A stretch of 63,772 bases of DNA, filler included, from an uncultured Methanosarcinales archaeon (GCA_964593285.1; 4 parts of 4 records of this genome joined end to end with filler, not necessarily neighbours in it), one strand, 5' to 3'; counted from the whole stretch's first letter, positions 49,789-60,254 are shown. The notes: a model not told the origin generated them from the sequence alone. A program made the numbers and translations.

Positions 49789-51590
49789 TGGCTATAAAAT
49801 TACTTGATGAAAAGACAATTAATAAAATTGCTGCAGGTGAAGTTATTGAAAGACCATCATCTATTGTTAAAGAATTAATTGAAAATTCAATTGATGCAAA
49901 TTCTAAAAATATTCAAATAACAATTAATGATGCAGGTAAAGAGTTAATAATAATTGAAGATGATGGAATTGGTATGAATGAAGAAGATTTAATACAAAGT
50001 GTACTACGGCATGCAACTAGTAAGATTTTAGATTTTAATGATTTATTTAATATAAAAACAATGGGTTTTAGAGGTGAGGCTTTAAGTAGCATTGCCGCAG
50101 TTTCAAAATTAACAATTATTACTAAGCAAAAAAATAATGATTTAGGAGTAAAGATTGATGTTTTAAATGGTAAGATAATAAATAAAGAATATGTTGCATT
50201 TAATCATGGAACTAAAATTATTGTTAAAGATTTATTTTATAATGTTCCTGCACGGAAAAAATTTTTAAAAAATACACTAACTGAAAAAAAATTAGTAATG
50301 GATATTGTTGTTCGTTATGCATTAATTCATAATGGTTTAAAAATTTCATTAAATGATGAAAAATCTAATTTATTAAATAAACCAATTACAAATAATTTAA
50401 AAGAAAATTTAGCATATGTATATGGTCATGAAATTGCAAAGGAAAGTATTAGTTACAGTGATAAATTTATTGATTTGGTTTTAGTTAAACCAACGATAAA
50501 TAGATCAACAAAAGATTATATTTCAGTTTATGTTAATCAAAGGTTTGTTAAATCAAAAATTATTGAAAATGCAATTATTGATTGTTTGAAGACTTTTTTA
50601 TTTCATGGTAAATTTCCAATTGTAGTGATTAATTTAAAAATAGATCCAAAAAAAATAGATGTAAATGTTCATCCATCAAAAAAAATAATTAAGTTTGATG
50701 ATGAAGTATTTATTTATCAAGAAGTTTTTGATGTTATAAAATCAGTTATTGAAAAAAATGATTTGTTTTCTTCATATATTAAAGGAGATAATTCTAAAAA
50801 GGAATATTCTAAAAATTTTTTTAATTTAGATAAAACAGAAAATTTTAAATTAAATAAAAATGATTATAATAAAAGTTTTGATAATTTAAAAAGTAGTTAT
50901 TTTTCTACAAAAAAACCAATTCAAAAGGTATTTGATCCAATAACAAATTATGATGTTAATTTTAAATCAGGTGTTTCTAAAAATAATTTAGATATTAGTA
51001 ATGTTTTTGTTAAAAATTATAATGTGCTAGGACAAGTTCATAAAACTTATATTGTGATAGAAACAGATGAAGGTTATGAATTAATTGATCAACATGCAAT
51101 GCATGAGCGAATTATGTATGAAAAATTTAAAAAACAAATAAATAATAAAAAAGTGATAAAGCAAAATTTGCTCAGTTCTATTACTCTTGATTTTGATTTT
51201 AAAGAATTTTTATTAATAAAAGAAAATATTATTGAATTGAAAGAATTTGGATTTTATCTTGAAGAGTTTGGAAAAAATAGTTTTATTTTGAGAAAAGTTC
51301 CATATGATTTATTAGTTGATAAAAAAGAATATCATAATTTGATAATTGAATTAGCAGAGAAATTGTCAAATAAAAGAAATGTACCTTTAAATGAACAATG
51401 TGAAAATGCATTAAAGTATATGGCTTGTCGAAGTGCTATTAAAGCTGGAAAGGAATTGAGCATTGTTGAGATGAATAAATTAATTGATGAGTTATTTACT
51501 GTTGAGAATAAATATACATGTCCTCATGGACGACCAACAATTATAAAGTATCCAATTTCTAAAATAGAAGAACAATTTAAAAGAAAGTAA
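49788..51590 (+). CDS. mutL: DNA mismatch repair protein MutL
   Basis: KIAAGEVIERP, ATSK, GFRGEAL, DQHAMHERI.YE, ACR.AIK, CPHGRP. Confidence 0.97.
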   Translation: MAIKLLDEKTINKIAAGEVIERPSSIVKELIENSIDANSKNIQITINDAGKELIIIEDDGIGMNEEDLIQSVLRHATSKILDFNDLFNIKTMGFRGEALSSIAAVSKLTIITKQKNNDLGVKIDVLNGKIINKEYVAFNHGTKIIVKDLFYNVPARKKFLKNTLTEKKLVMDIVVRYALIHNGLKISLNDEKSNLLNKPITNNLKENLAYVYGHEIAKESISYSDKFIDLVLVKPTINRSTKDYISVYVNQRFVKSKIIENAIIDCLKTFLFHGKFPIVVINLKIDPKKIDVNVHPSKKIIKFDDEVFIYQEVFDVIKSVIEKNDLFSSYIKGDNSKKEYSKNFFNLDKTENFKLNKNDYNKSFDNLKSSYFSTKKPIQKVFDPITNYDVNFKSGVSKNNLDISNVFVKNYNVLGQVHKTYIVIETDEGYELIDQHAMHERIMYEKFKKQINNKKVIKQNLLSSITLDFDFKEFLLIKENIIELKEFGFYLEEFGKNSFILRKVPYDLLVDKKEYHNLIIELAEKLSNKRNVPLNEQCENALKYMACRSAIKAGKELSIVEMNKLIDELFTVENKYTCPHGRPTIIKYPISKIEEQFKRK

Positions 51591-51685
51591 TGTTTTTGTA
51601 AATCCATAAACGGTTTTTAATTACTTGTTAGTAAAAATAAAAAAAAGAAATTTTTAGTAAAATATTTAAATGGTAATCTATTATT

Positions 51686-51785
51686 NNNNNNNNNNNNNNN
51701 NNNNNNNNNNNNNNNNNNNNNNNNNNNNNTTAATTAATTAANNNNNNNNNNNNNNNNNNNNNNNNNNNNNNNNNNNNNNNNNNNN
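51686..51785. other. Artificial joining spacer N44-TTAATTAATTAA-N44
   Basis: Same construct as the other two spacers. Confidence 0.95.
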
Positions 51786-52014
51786 TATAAATATATACTT
51801 CTTTATTATCTTTTGTTTTGGTTTTATATATTAAATCAGTGAAATGCTCTTTTAATTTAGTATCAACAAAGCTATCTTTTATTGGTTTTAAGTAATTTAA
51901 ATCAATTAAAGGAATTATCTCTTTTGGGAGATAATTTTCTAAAAAGCTTTTTGCAGTTTTTATTTCTCCTAAAATTGATTTAATATATTTGTCATGAATA
52001 TTATCTTTTTTCAT
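51786..52014 (-). CDS. Rpn/YhgA-like (transposase_31) nuclease, N-terminal part only
   Basis: HD...K..L.....A.SFL..YLP......D...L....SFVD..L.....DL.Y. Confidence 0.85.
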
Positions 52015-52212
52015 TAAATAAATTATTAATTACTCCTTAATATAATTAATTTTAAAAAAACAGAAAATCTTTCAATAAAATTGAAGATATTTTTTAGAAA
52101 TTAATTTTTAATTTATTTTTTTTGCAATTTCTAAAGATTTTTTGGAATGTTTTATTAAATTTTTATATAAATAAATTTCGAAAAATTTATTAATAAATTA
52201 ATAATTATATAC

Positions 52213-52300
52213 AATAGCAATGCGCTTAGGCGTTTCACCTTAAGTGGTGGGACAAATAAGGATACAGTTCCCAAAAGGGGAACTCTGGTTGCTATTTTTT
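52213..52300 (+). ncRNA. Candidate ~85-nt multi-hairpin ncRNA
   Basis: Closing stem aatagcaa/ttgctatt around three hairpins. G-U pairs favour the + strand. GC-rich island followed by a T-run. Confidence 0.5.
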
Positions 52301-52569
52301 TCTTATCAATTCTTTTAATTCATTTATATTTATTTTGACAATTATATCATTTGTATGTGTAATTTTACTTCTAAATCTTTTTGTAGCACTATCTATAAAA
52401 CTTGGTTTATTAAATTTAGCTTGCACTATATCTTCTTTTATCTATTTTTTAAATTATCAAAAATCACCCTCAAAATCATTAAATAATTCAATTGCTAATT
52501 TATCTTCTAAATTAGTTGATTTTAAAATTAAATATATTATTATAGCTGTGTGAAATCTTAAAATAAATC

Positions 52570-53330
52570 TTTTTTCATCATAATTTAATAAGCAATTTCT
52601 TTATTTTTTGTAGCAACTATAGAATAATTTTGTTCAAATATTCTGTTTTCCAAAATTTATCAATTTGTAATAAAATAATCATGGTTTCCTACTGAAAGTC
52701 TATATTCTTGTCCTAAAGATGCAAAATCTTTGCCAAATTCAAGCACAAAATTTTTTAAATTTTTCGTTAGACCTTGTTTTAAGTCATTTTCGGAATGATT
52801 TTTTGGGAGATTCAAAAAATCCAATACATATGTGTCTTTAAATAGTAAAGAAACAGGGGAAGGTTTACTTATATTAGATAATATAGTCCTTTCGAAAATT
52901 CCACTATCAATCTGACGTTCAAGTTCTCTTTTAGAATACCTCTCTTTGATAGATAGATAAATATAAAATTCTTTCTCTCTAATATCTTTTGTTTTAGATA
53001 AAATAACAGATTATTTGTCCAAGATAATTGTCTCACCAGTGGTGAGAGTTTTTTATTGTTATTATATGTTTCATAAAATTGCCTCATTCTCCAAAGATTT
53101 TTATCAGAATATCCTTTTAAATCAGGAAATTTATTTAATATATAATCTGCAAGCTCTTTAACAACTGATTTACCCCATTCACTATTTTTAATTTTATTAC
53201 TAATATATTTTCCAATATTCCAATACAAGTTAATTAATTGAGTATTTACATAATCAAATGTTTCTTCTTTTGCTTTTTTAATTAAATTAATAATATTAAG
53301 AAATTCTTTTTCTTTTTTTTTAATTTTCAT
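52570..53330 (-). pseudogene. YhcG/DUF1016 PD-(D/E)XK nuclease pseudogene
   Basis: LYWNIG, WG, NLWRMRQFY, LSWT. A frameshift near 53003 continues as RELERQI...FKDTYVLDFL...EYRL, with TGA at 52660-52662 and degraded sequence beyond. Confidence 0.85.
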
Positions 53331-53836
53331 AATAACCTCATTAATTCTATGAAAAAGACGAAATATTACTCTTTAATATGTTTGTTGTTTTAAAAATTAA
53401 AATTATTTCAAAGAAATCAGAATACTTTCAATAATAACAAATAATTTTTACAAAAATATCTAGTTTTCAAATAATTTTCAATAAATTGAAGATATTTTTT
53501 AGAAATTAATTTCCAATTCATTTTTTTATTAATTAAATAATAATTTAAATCTGTTTATTCCACTAGTGTGTTTACCAGTGGTTTAGCTTAGTAGAATAAT
53601 CAGACAACGAAAATTTGCAGTAATTCTTTACAGGTTCGCATTTAACCTTCAAAGGAAAATTAACTAAGCCAGAAAGTTGCGAATAAGCTAATCAGTTTAT
53701 TAAAAAATAGTGTCGATTTTTGATTGATGTTTTTTAACATTTAAGGAAGATCGTTTTAATATGATAAATTAAATAAAATTTGTTAAGTTTAAAATTCACA
53801 TATATATTGTATTTTAACATTTAAATTGAAAAACAA

Positions 53837-54418
53837 TTACTGAATTATTTTTCTCAATTCTATATTAAATCTTCTTGCTCTATCTAATGATGTTTTTGCT
53901 TTTGATTTAAGAACAATATCTTTAGTTTTGTATGTGAATGTTGCTCTTTTTCCTTTCTCAAAAAAATATTCTTCCATAAGTAAATCAGCTTTTTCTTTAC
54001 CTAATATTTTTGAGGCGTCTTCAAGACTCTCTGCTAAATCTTCAACAAGTTTTTTCTCTAACTTACCATTTAGATAGAAAAAATTAATTACAGAATCAAA
54101 TGTGATTGAATGAATTGAAACTTCAGATTTAATCTTAATTCCTTCAGACTCAAGTAAAGCTCTTGCCATATAAAACATTGAATAATAACAAGAATTAACA
54201 ACCCAAAGAAAACCATCAAAATCAAAATATCCTGTTTTCTCTTGCATATTTTTATCGGTTGAAAGGTCATACAATGCATTAGCACTATTAAGAGATTTTT
54301 CTGCGTTTGATAAAAAAAAATCTACAAATTCTGTCTTTTGTTTTGTATTTACAATGCCTTCATTAATATATCTTTTTACTCTTGTTTGAATTTCTTTTAA
54401 CTTTTTATCGTCTAGCAT
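53837..54418 (-). CDS. HEPN-domain protein (toxin partner)
   Basis: A..SL..A, YYSMFY.ARALL...G, H, KRATFTY. Confidence 0.8.
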   Translation of the reverse strand: MLDDKKLKEIQTRVKRYINEGIVNTKQKTEFVDFFLSNAEKSLNSANALYDLSTDKNMQEKTGYFDFDGFLWVVNSCYYSMFYMARALLESEGIKIKSEVSIHSITFDSVINFFYLNGKLEKKLVEDLAESLEDASKILGKEKADLLMEEYFFEKGKRATFTYKTKDIVLKSKAKTSLDRARRFNIELRKIIQ

Positions 54419-54419
54419 T

Positions 54420-55034
54420 TTACTCTCTCCCTTTCTTGATTAATTTATAGAATAATTCCCCTCCATATAAGATTAAGTGTTTGTTTAAAACTTCAGTCAT
54501 TACATTCTTATCTTCTCTTGGAGCAAGCATTTCATAAACACTTTCAAATGAAATAACAATTGAATGAATTGAAATTTTATAATTTTTCGTAATATTATGT
54601 ATATATTTTTCGGCCTTTTCAATATCTTCTGTTTTTTCAATTATTATTAATAAATCTAAATCTCGAGGTTTGTTAGTTGTTAGAGTTGAACCAAATATTA
54701 ACAATACAAAATAGCCAAAAGGAAATTTTTGTATTATATCTTCTCTTAGTAAAGATATCTCTTTATTTTTTTTAAGAAGTTCTTTTGTTCTTAAATGTTC
54801 AAAATAAGCTAACTCTTGATGATGATCTTTATAATTTAATCTATACTTATCATCATCTTGTATAATAAGTTTTTTTTCTATTAATTCTTTACATGAACGA
54901 TATGTTAAAGCTTGATGAATACCTAATTCTTTGCCAACTCCTCTAATACTAAACCTAGTTGTAATTTTTGATACAAAAAGTTTCATTATTCTAAATTGTG
55001 TTTTAGTTAACATTTTATACTTTTTAATATTCAT
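54420..55034 (-). CDS. wHTH + minimal nucleotidyltransferase (MNT) antitoxin-like protein
   Basis: SIRGVGKELGI....TY...KEL, FGS.......DLDL, LYG.E..Y. Abuts the HEPN gene. Confidence 0.8.
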   Translation of the reverse strand: MNIKKYKMLTKTQFRIMKLFVSKITTRFSIRGVGKELGIHQALTYRSCKELIEKKLIIQDDDKYRLNYKDHHQELAYFEHLRTKELLKKNKEISLLREDIIQKFPFGYFVLLIFGSTLTTNKPRDLDLLIIIEKTEDIEKAEKYIHNITKNYKISIHSIVISFESVYEMLAPREDKNVMTEVLNKHLILYGGELFYKLIKKGRE

Positions 55035-55215
55035 GTGAATACTATTTAATATAAAAAGGTTTTGGTTATAAAAATTTTCAATATATTAAGTTTATTTGCC
55101 AACAGAAAAAGAGTTAGAACAAGAATTATTAAAAGAAAACTTAAAATAAAATTAGTTGCTTATTATTAATAAAATAGTGCTTTTTAAAAAAACGAAAATT
55201 TTATCTAAAGTTAAA

Positions 55216-56223
55216 TTAATTCTTTAATAAATCTTTTACTTGGTTCATAAGTAACTTTTTACTTGGTAAATATAACATATATTTAGACACAAAGACTTTA
55301 TTTAAAATACCAAAAGTTGCATACTCAACAGAAACATCATGCTTATCTGTGCATAAAATAATACCAATTGGATCATTATCATCTTTATTATTAACTTCTT
55401 TTTTTATATAATTAAGATAAAAATTCATTTGACCTGCATCTTTATGATTAAATCTAGAAGTTTTGAGTTCAACAACCACATAACATTTAAGATAAATATT
55501 GTAAAAAAGTAAATCAATAAAATAATGCTCATTATCTAAAGTGAATCTTTTCTGCCTTGCAACAAAGCTAAAGCCTTGTCCTAACTCTAATAAAAAATGT
55601 TGTAATTTACTTAATACTTTTCTTTCAAGTTCTTTTTCAGTATAGATTGATTTTTCTTCTAAATCTAAAAATTCTAAAATATATGGATCTTTAAAGACTT
55701 CATTTGTTTTTGAAGGCATAAATGACTTTTTTTCATATTTTATTAATGATTTTTTGTCTTTGCTCATAAGAAGCCTTTCATAATGCAAGGAATTAATTTG
55801 TCTTTTTAAATCTCTTACACTTAAATTTTCAATAATAGCATATTTTTCAAAATATGTTCTTTTATAACCATCTTCAATTTTTATTAATTCACAATAATGT
55901 GTCCAAGATAATTTAAAAAATTCGTCAGTCAATGACTGACAAATCTTATTCTGATATATTTTATAAAACAATCTCATATTCTTTAAAGAAGTGCTACTAA
56001 ATCCTTTTCCAAATTCTCTTTTTAATTGCTTAGATAATTCATCTATTAAATATTTTCCATAATCTGCTCTTTTTTTTCCTTTTTGTTCTTCTTCTACTAT
56101 TTTTCTTCCAATTTCAAAATATGCCTTAAGCATTTCTTTATTTACAGAATAATATGCAGACTTTCTTGCTTTCATTATTACTTTCTTAATATCAGCAAAA
56201 AAATGATTATTGATTAAATTCAT
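55216..56223 (-). CDS. YhcG/DUF1016 PD-(D/E)XK nuclease, intact
   Basis: LSWTHY, KDPYILEFL, LELGQGF.FV.RQ, IDLLFY, ELK, GQMNFY, IGIILC, SKY.LYLP. Confidence 0.92.
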   Translation of the reverse strand: MNLINNHFFADIKKVIMKARKSAYYSVNKEMLKAYFEIGRKIVEEEQKGKKRADYGKYLIDELSKQLKREFGKGFSSTSLKNMRLFYKIYQNKICQSLTDEFFKLSWTHYCELIKIEDGYKRTYFEKYAIIENLSVRDLKRQINSLHYERLLMSKDKKSLIKYEKKSFMPSKTNEVFKDPYILEFLDLEEKSIYTEKELERKVLSKLQHFLLELGQGFSFVARQKRFTLDNEHYFIDLLFYNIYLKCYVVVELKTSRFNHKDAGQMNFYLNYIKKEVNNKDDNDPIGIILCTDKHDVSVEYATFGILNKVFVSKYMLYLPSKKLLMNQVKDLLKN

Positions 56224-56364
56224 AATATTTTTTAAACATAACTTCTTAATATAACTATCATCAAAAAAAATGAAAAACTTTCAAAAAAATTAATGGAATT
56301 TTCAACTAATTAATTAAATATTTATGAATAATTTTATATAATCAAAATAAAAACACAATTCTTA

Positions 56365-57834
56365 ATGAAGAATAAATATTTATTAATTGTAATATTATTA
56401 ACAATCATTGGTTTTATTTTAAGGATTTATAATATAACAGTGCAAAGCTACTGGATAGATGAAGGATACACAATAAATGCAGTATTAGCTATCTTAAAAA
56501 ATGGTTATCCTATTTTAGAAACAGGAAATTTTTATGGTTTTAATTATTTAGTATATTTGTATTTAACTTCTTTTTTTGCATTAATTTTTGGATTAAATGA
56601 ATTTTCTCTAAGAATTGTATCAGTAGTTTCTGGAACATTATTAATTCCATTAATGTATTTTTTTGCAAAAAAAATAACTAATGAAAAAGCTGCAATATCT
56701 GCAGCATTTATTACAACTTTTTTTACAATATTAATTGCATGGAGCAGGCAATCTAGAACATATATGCTTGCAATATTTTTATTTGTATTAGCTTTATATT
56801 TTTATTCTAAATTTATTGAAAAAGATAGTGTAAAAAATTTAATTTATTGTTTTATTATAACAGTTCTTGCATTTTTTACTCATCCATTAACTTATTCACT
56901 AGTTTTTATATACATAATTCATTATTTAATAAATAACCTTTTTGAAGATATTTATATTAAAAAAAATATTATAAAATTTTTTAATAAAATAAAAATAATA
57001 ATTACAAAAAACTACATAATTTTTTTATTACTTGGAATAATTGCTGTTTTTTTTATTTTCTACAAACAAAATTATATTATAAATATACTACAAACAAATG
57101 CAAATTATGCATTAAATTATTACTCTTTTTTTAAAATTGAATATTTTTTATTATTTAATTTTGCTGCTGTTGGTTTATTATTTACTAAGTCTTTGCGGAA
57201 AAGTATTTTTTTAGCATTGTGTTTTTTAATACCATTTTATTTTGTTAGTTTTCATCAAAAATTATTTCATTTTAGGTATTTATTAATTGCATACCCTGCA
57301 TTTATTATTTTAGCATCCTTGTCAATGTATTATTTATTCTCATTTTTTAAAAATAAATATTATAAAATAATTATAGTATTAATAATAATCATATCATTAA
57401 ATCCTATTATGTCATATTATCCACAAACATTTTATTCTCTAGAAAAACAAACTCCAATGCCAGATTTTAAATCAGCATATGAATTTATAAAAAATAATGA
57501 AAAAGAAATTTTAATTAGTTCATATACACCAATTGCAAAAATTTATTATAAAGATTCAGATTATGCTCTAGATTTTAGTTTATCAAATATAAAAGGAACA
57601 AATATGAAAATTTCAAATGAAATTTTAAAAGATAGATATAGAAATATTGATTTAATAGAAGATAAAAATCATTTTTTAAAAATAATCAATAATACAAAAG
57701 GCCACATTGTTTTAGATTCACTTAGCATGGATAGAATAGATAATGATTTACGAGAAGAAATTTTAAAATTAAATCTAACATATCATAAAAGTAATGGTTT
57801 TTGGAATGAGATATATGTTTATTCATGGAAATAA
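56365..57834 (+). CDS. GT-C (ArnT/PMT-like, GT39-type) membrane glycosyltransferase
   Basis: LRIY.I...SYWIDE, FG.NE.SLR, SRQ.R.Y, RY....P. Confidence 0.85.
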   Translation: MKNKYLLIVILLTIIGFILRIYNITVQSYWIDEGYTINAVLAILKNGYPILETGNFYGFNYLVYLYLTSFFALIFGLNEFSLRIVSVVSGTLLIPLMYFFAKKITNEKAAISAAFITTFFTILIAWSRQSRTYMLAIFLFVLALYFYSKFIEKDSVKNLIYCFIITVLAFFTHPLTYSLVFIYIIHYLINNLFEDIYIKKNIIKFFNKIKIIITKNYIIFLLLGIIAVFFIFYKQNYIINILQTNANYALNYYSFFKIEYFLLFNFAAVGLLFTKSLRKSIFLALCFLIPFYFVSFHQKLFHFRYLLIAYPAFIILASLSMYYLFSFFKNKYYKIIIVLIIIISLNPIMSYYPQTFYSLEKQTPMPDFKSAYEFIKNNEKEILISSYTPIAKIYYKDSDYALDFSLSNIKGTNMKISNEILKDRYRNIDLIEDKNHFLKIINNTKGHIVLDSLSMDRIDNDLREEILKLNLTYHKSNGFWNEIYVYSWK

Positions 57835-58025
57835 TTTTTTTTATACATTAAATTAATAACACCTAAAAATAAAACAACATATAACAATAATTGTAAATTA
57901 AAATAATATTTTATAAAAAAAGGAAAATTTGTTTCAATTATAACTAATATTAAAAAAACAAATGCTAAATAAAAAAAAGTTTCTTTGTTAAATTCTAAAA
58001 ATTTATGTAATAATTTTTTAATCAT
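57819..58025 (-). CDS. Small 2-TM membrane protein
   Basis: 68-aa hydrophobic ORF. Confidence 0.55.
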   Translation of the reverse strand: MIKKLLHKFLEFNKETFFYLAFVFLILVIIETNFPFFIKYYFNLQLLLYVVLFLGVINLMYKKNYFHE

Positions 58026-58114
58026 AATTTTAAAAATTATCTTAATTATTTAAATGTTTTATTAATTAAAAAAACAGTTAATTTTTTAAATAATATAAAA
58101 TTACTTACTATAAA

Positions 58115-59047
58115 GTGGTTTATATTTCAATAGTTGTTCCTGTATTTAATGAAGAAAAAAATGTAAAACTTCTTCATCAAAAAATATTAGAGGTAGTGTT
58201 AAAAATAAATAAAAAGCATGAAATAATTTTTATTGATGATGGTTCAACTGATAATACTTTTTATGAATTAAAAAAATTAAAAGATGTAGTGATTGTTAAA
58301 TTTAGAAAAAATTTTGGGCAAAGTTCTGCAATGCAAGCAGGTTTTAACATTGCAACGGGAAAATACATTGCATCACTTGATGGTGATTTACAAAACGATC
58401 CAAGATCAATTCCATATATGATTGAAAAATTAAAAAAATATGATTATGATGTAATTTGTGGCTGGAGATTTAAGCGTAAAGATAGTTTTTTTAAAAAAAT
58501 ATTCTCAAAATTTGCAAATTTATTTAGAAATTTATTGATAAAAGATCCAGTGCATGATTCTGGATGTAGCCTTAGGGTTTATAAAAATGAATGCGTTAAG
58601 GAATTAGATTTAATGGGAGAGATGCATAGATACATTCCATCATTATTAATTTTAAATGGTTATAAAATTGGAGAATTGAAAATAAAACATCACAGGCGAA
58701 AATTTGGATTAACAAAATATAATTATTCAAGATTACTAAAAGGCTTTATTGACTTAATTAATGTTTGGTTTTGGAGAAAATATTCATCAAGGCCATTACA
58801 TATATTTGGTTTTTTGGGTTTATTTCTTGGAATTTTTGGTTTTTTAGTTTTAAGTTATGCAGCATATTTAAAGATTTTATATAATGTCAATTTATCAAAT
58901 ACATTTCTGCCACACATTGGATTTTTTTCATTAGTTTTAGGAGTACAGTTTTTTATCTCAGGATTAATTGCTGATATTTGTATTAAAAATTATTTTAAAG
59001 CATCAAATAAAAAACCATATTCTATTAAACAAATAATTAGAAAATAA
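58115..59047 (+). CDS. GT2 polyprenol-phosphate glycosyltransferase (GtrB/ArnC-like)
   Basis: SIVVPVFNEE, DDGSTD, NFGQ, DGDLQNDP, D.GC, HRYIP, two C-terminal TM helices. Confidence 0.92.
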   Translation: MVYISIVVPVFNEEKNVKLLHQKILEVVLKINKKHEIIFIDDGSTDNTFYELKKLKDVVIVKFRKNFGQSSAMQAGFNIATGKYIASLDGDLQNDPRSIPYMIEKLKKYDYDVICGWRFKRKDSFFKKIFSKFANLFRNLLIKDPVHDSGCSLRVYKNECVKELDLMGEMHRYIPSLLILNGYKIGELKIKHHRRKFGLTKYNYSRLLKGFIDLINVWFWRKYSSRPLHIFGFLGLFLGIFGFLVLSYAAYLKILYNVNLSNTFLPHIGFFSLVLGVQFFISGLIADICIKNYFKASNKKPYSIKQIIRK

Positions 59048-59369
59048 TTAATTCAAAATTCTATATCTAGTAATAACTAAATAAATCAATAATAAAGTAA
59101 TCATAGCGTTATTTATTTTCTATATAGAAAATAATTAAATTTATTATAACTCAAAATAAAATACCAATACAATAAAATACTAAATAGTAAACACTTATTT
59201 ACTAAAAAAATTATACAAATATATTTAATTTAATTTTTCATTTAATCATTTTATTTTCTTGTTATTTATAAAATACGCATTATCTTTTGAAAATAAGAAT
59301 AATTTTTTTAAAATATTTTCGATTTTTTCTAAGTAAATTATTTTAAGAAGATATTTTCTACATATTAAC

Positions 59370-60254
59370 ATGAATTCAAAAGAAATAATTTTGTCAAATA
59401 ATGTAATTAAAAATAAAATATATACAATCAGAGGAAAACAAGTAATATTAGATAGAGATTTGGCTGAATTTTATGATGTTCAAACAGGGCAATTAAATAG
59501 AGTCGTAAAACGAAACAAAGAAAGATTTCCAAATGATTTTTGTTTTCAATTGAATAATGAAGAATTTTTTAATTTGAAATGCCAAAATGGCATATCAAGT
59601 TTTAATACAAAAAAAATAGGCGGTACTAGAAAATTACCTTATGTATTTACTGAATATGGCGTTGCCATGCTTTCTGGCATATTAAAGAGCAAAATAGCTA
59701 TTCAAGTTAGTATTAGTATAATGAAAGCATTTGTTGCTATGCGTCATCTTCTTTTAGAAAATGCTAATATTTTACAAAAATTTCAGCAAATAGACCAAAA
59801 GCTCATTGACCATGATGGAAGCATAAATAAAATATTTAATTTAATTGAAGAAAAGTATATTACACCAAAACAAGGCATATTTTTTGAAGGTCAAATATTT
59901 AATGCACATAAGTTTATTGTTAATTTAATAAAACAGGCAAAAAAAGAAATTATTTTAATTGATAATTATGTTGATGAAAGTGTTTTAACACAATTATCAA
60001 ATAAAAAAAAAGGTGTATTTATAACAATTTATACAGCAAATCTAACTGATAAAATTATTTTAGCAAAAGATAAATTCAATAAACAATACAACAATTTAAA
60101 AATAAAAAAATTCAATAAATCTCATGATAGATTTTTAATAATTGACAAACAAGCATACCATATTGGAGCATCCATTAAAGATGCAGGAAAAAAATGGTTT
60201 GCCTTTAATAAAATAGAAAAAGAAAGCATTAAAATACTTGATAATTTAAATTAA
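59370..60254 (+). CDS. ORF6N-domain DNA-binding protein with C-terminal PLD-like segment
   Basis: IYTIRG.QV.LD.DLA..Y, RN..RFP.DF.FQL, PY.FTE.GVAMLS, IDNY.D, HDRF.IID. Confidence 0.88.
   Translation: MNSKEIILSNNVIKNKIYTIRGKQVILDRDLAEFYDVQTGQLNRVVKRNKERFPNDFCFQLNNEEFFNLKCQNGISSFNTKKIGGTRKLPYVFTEYGVAMLSGILKSKIAIQVSISIMKAFVAMRHLLLENANILQKFQQIDQKLIDHDGSINKIFNLIEEKYITPKQGIFFEGQIFNAHKFIVNLIKQAKKEIILIDNYVDESVLTQLSNKKKGVFITIYTANLTDKIILAKDKFNKQYNNLKIKKFNKSHDRFLIIDKQAYHIGASIKDAGKKWFAFNKIEKESIKILDNLN

Noticed and set aside
21817..51741. TTAATTAATTAA palindromes at 21817, 37618 and 51730 as biological repeats
   Set aside because: Each is centred in N44 pads and is a synthetic six-frame stop linker. Gene adjacency across them is not evidence.
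52335..52553. 72-aa plus-strand ORF
   Set aside because: TTG start without SD. The minus strand reads more like a decayed gene.
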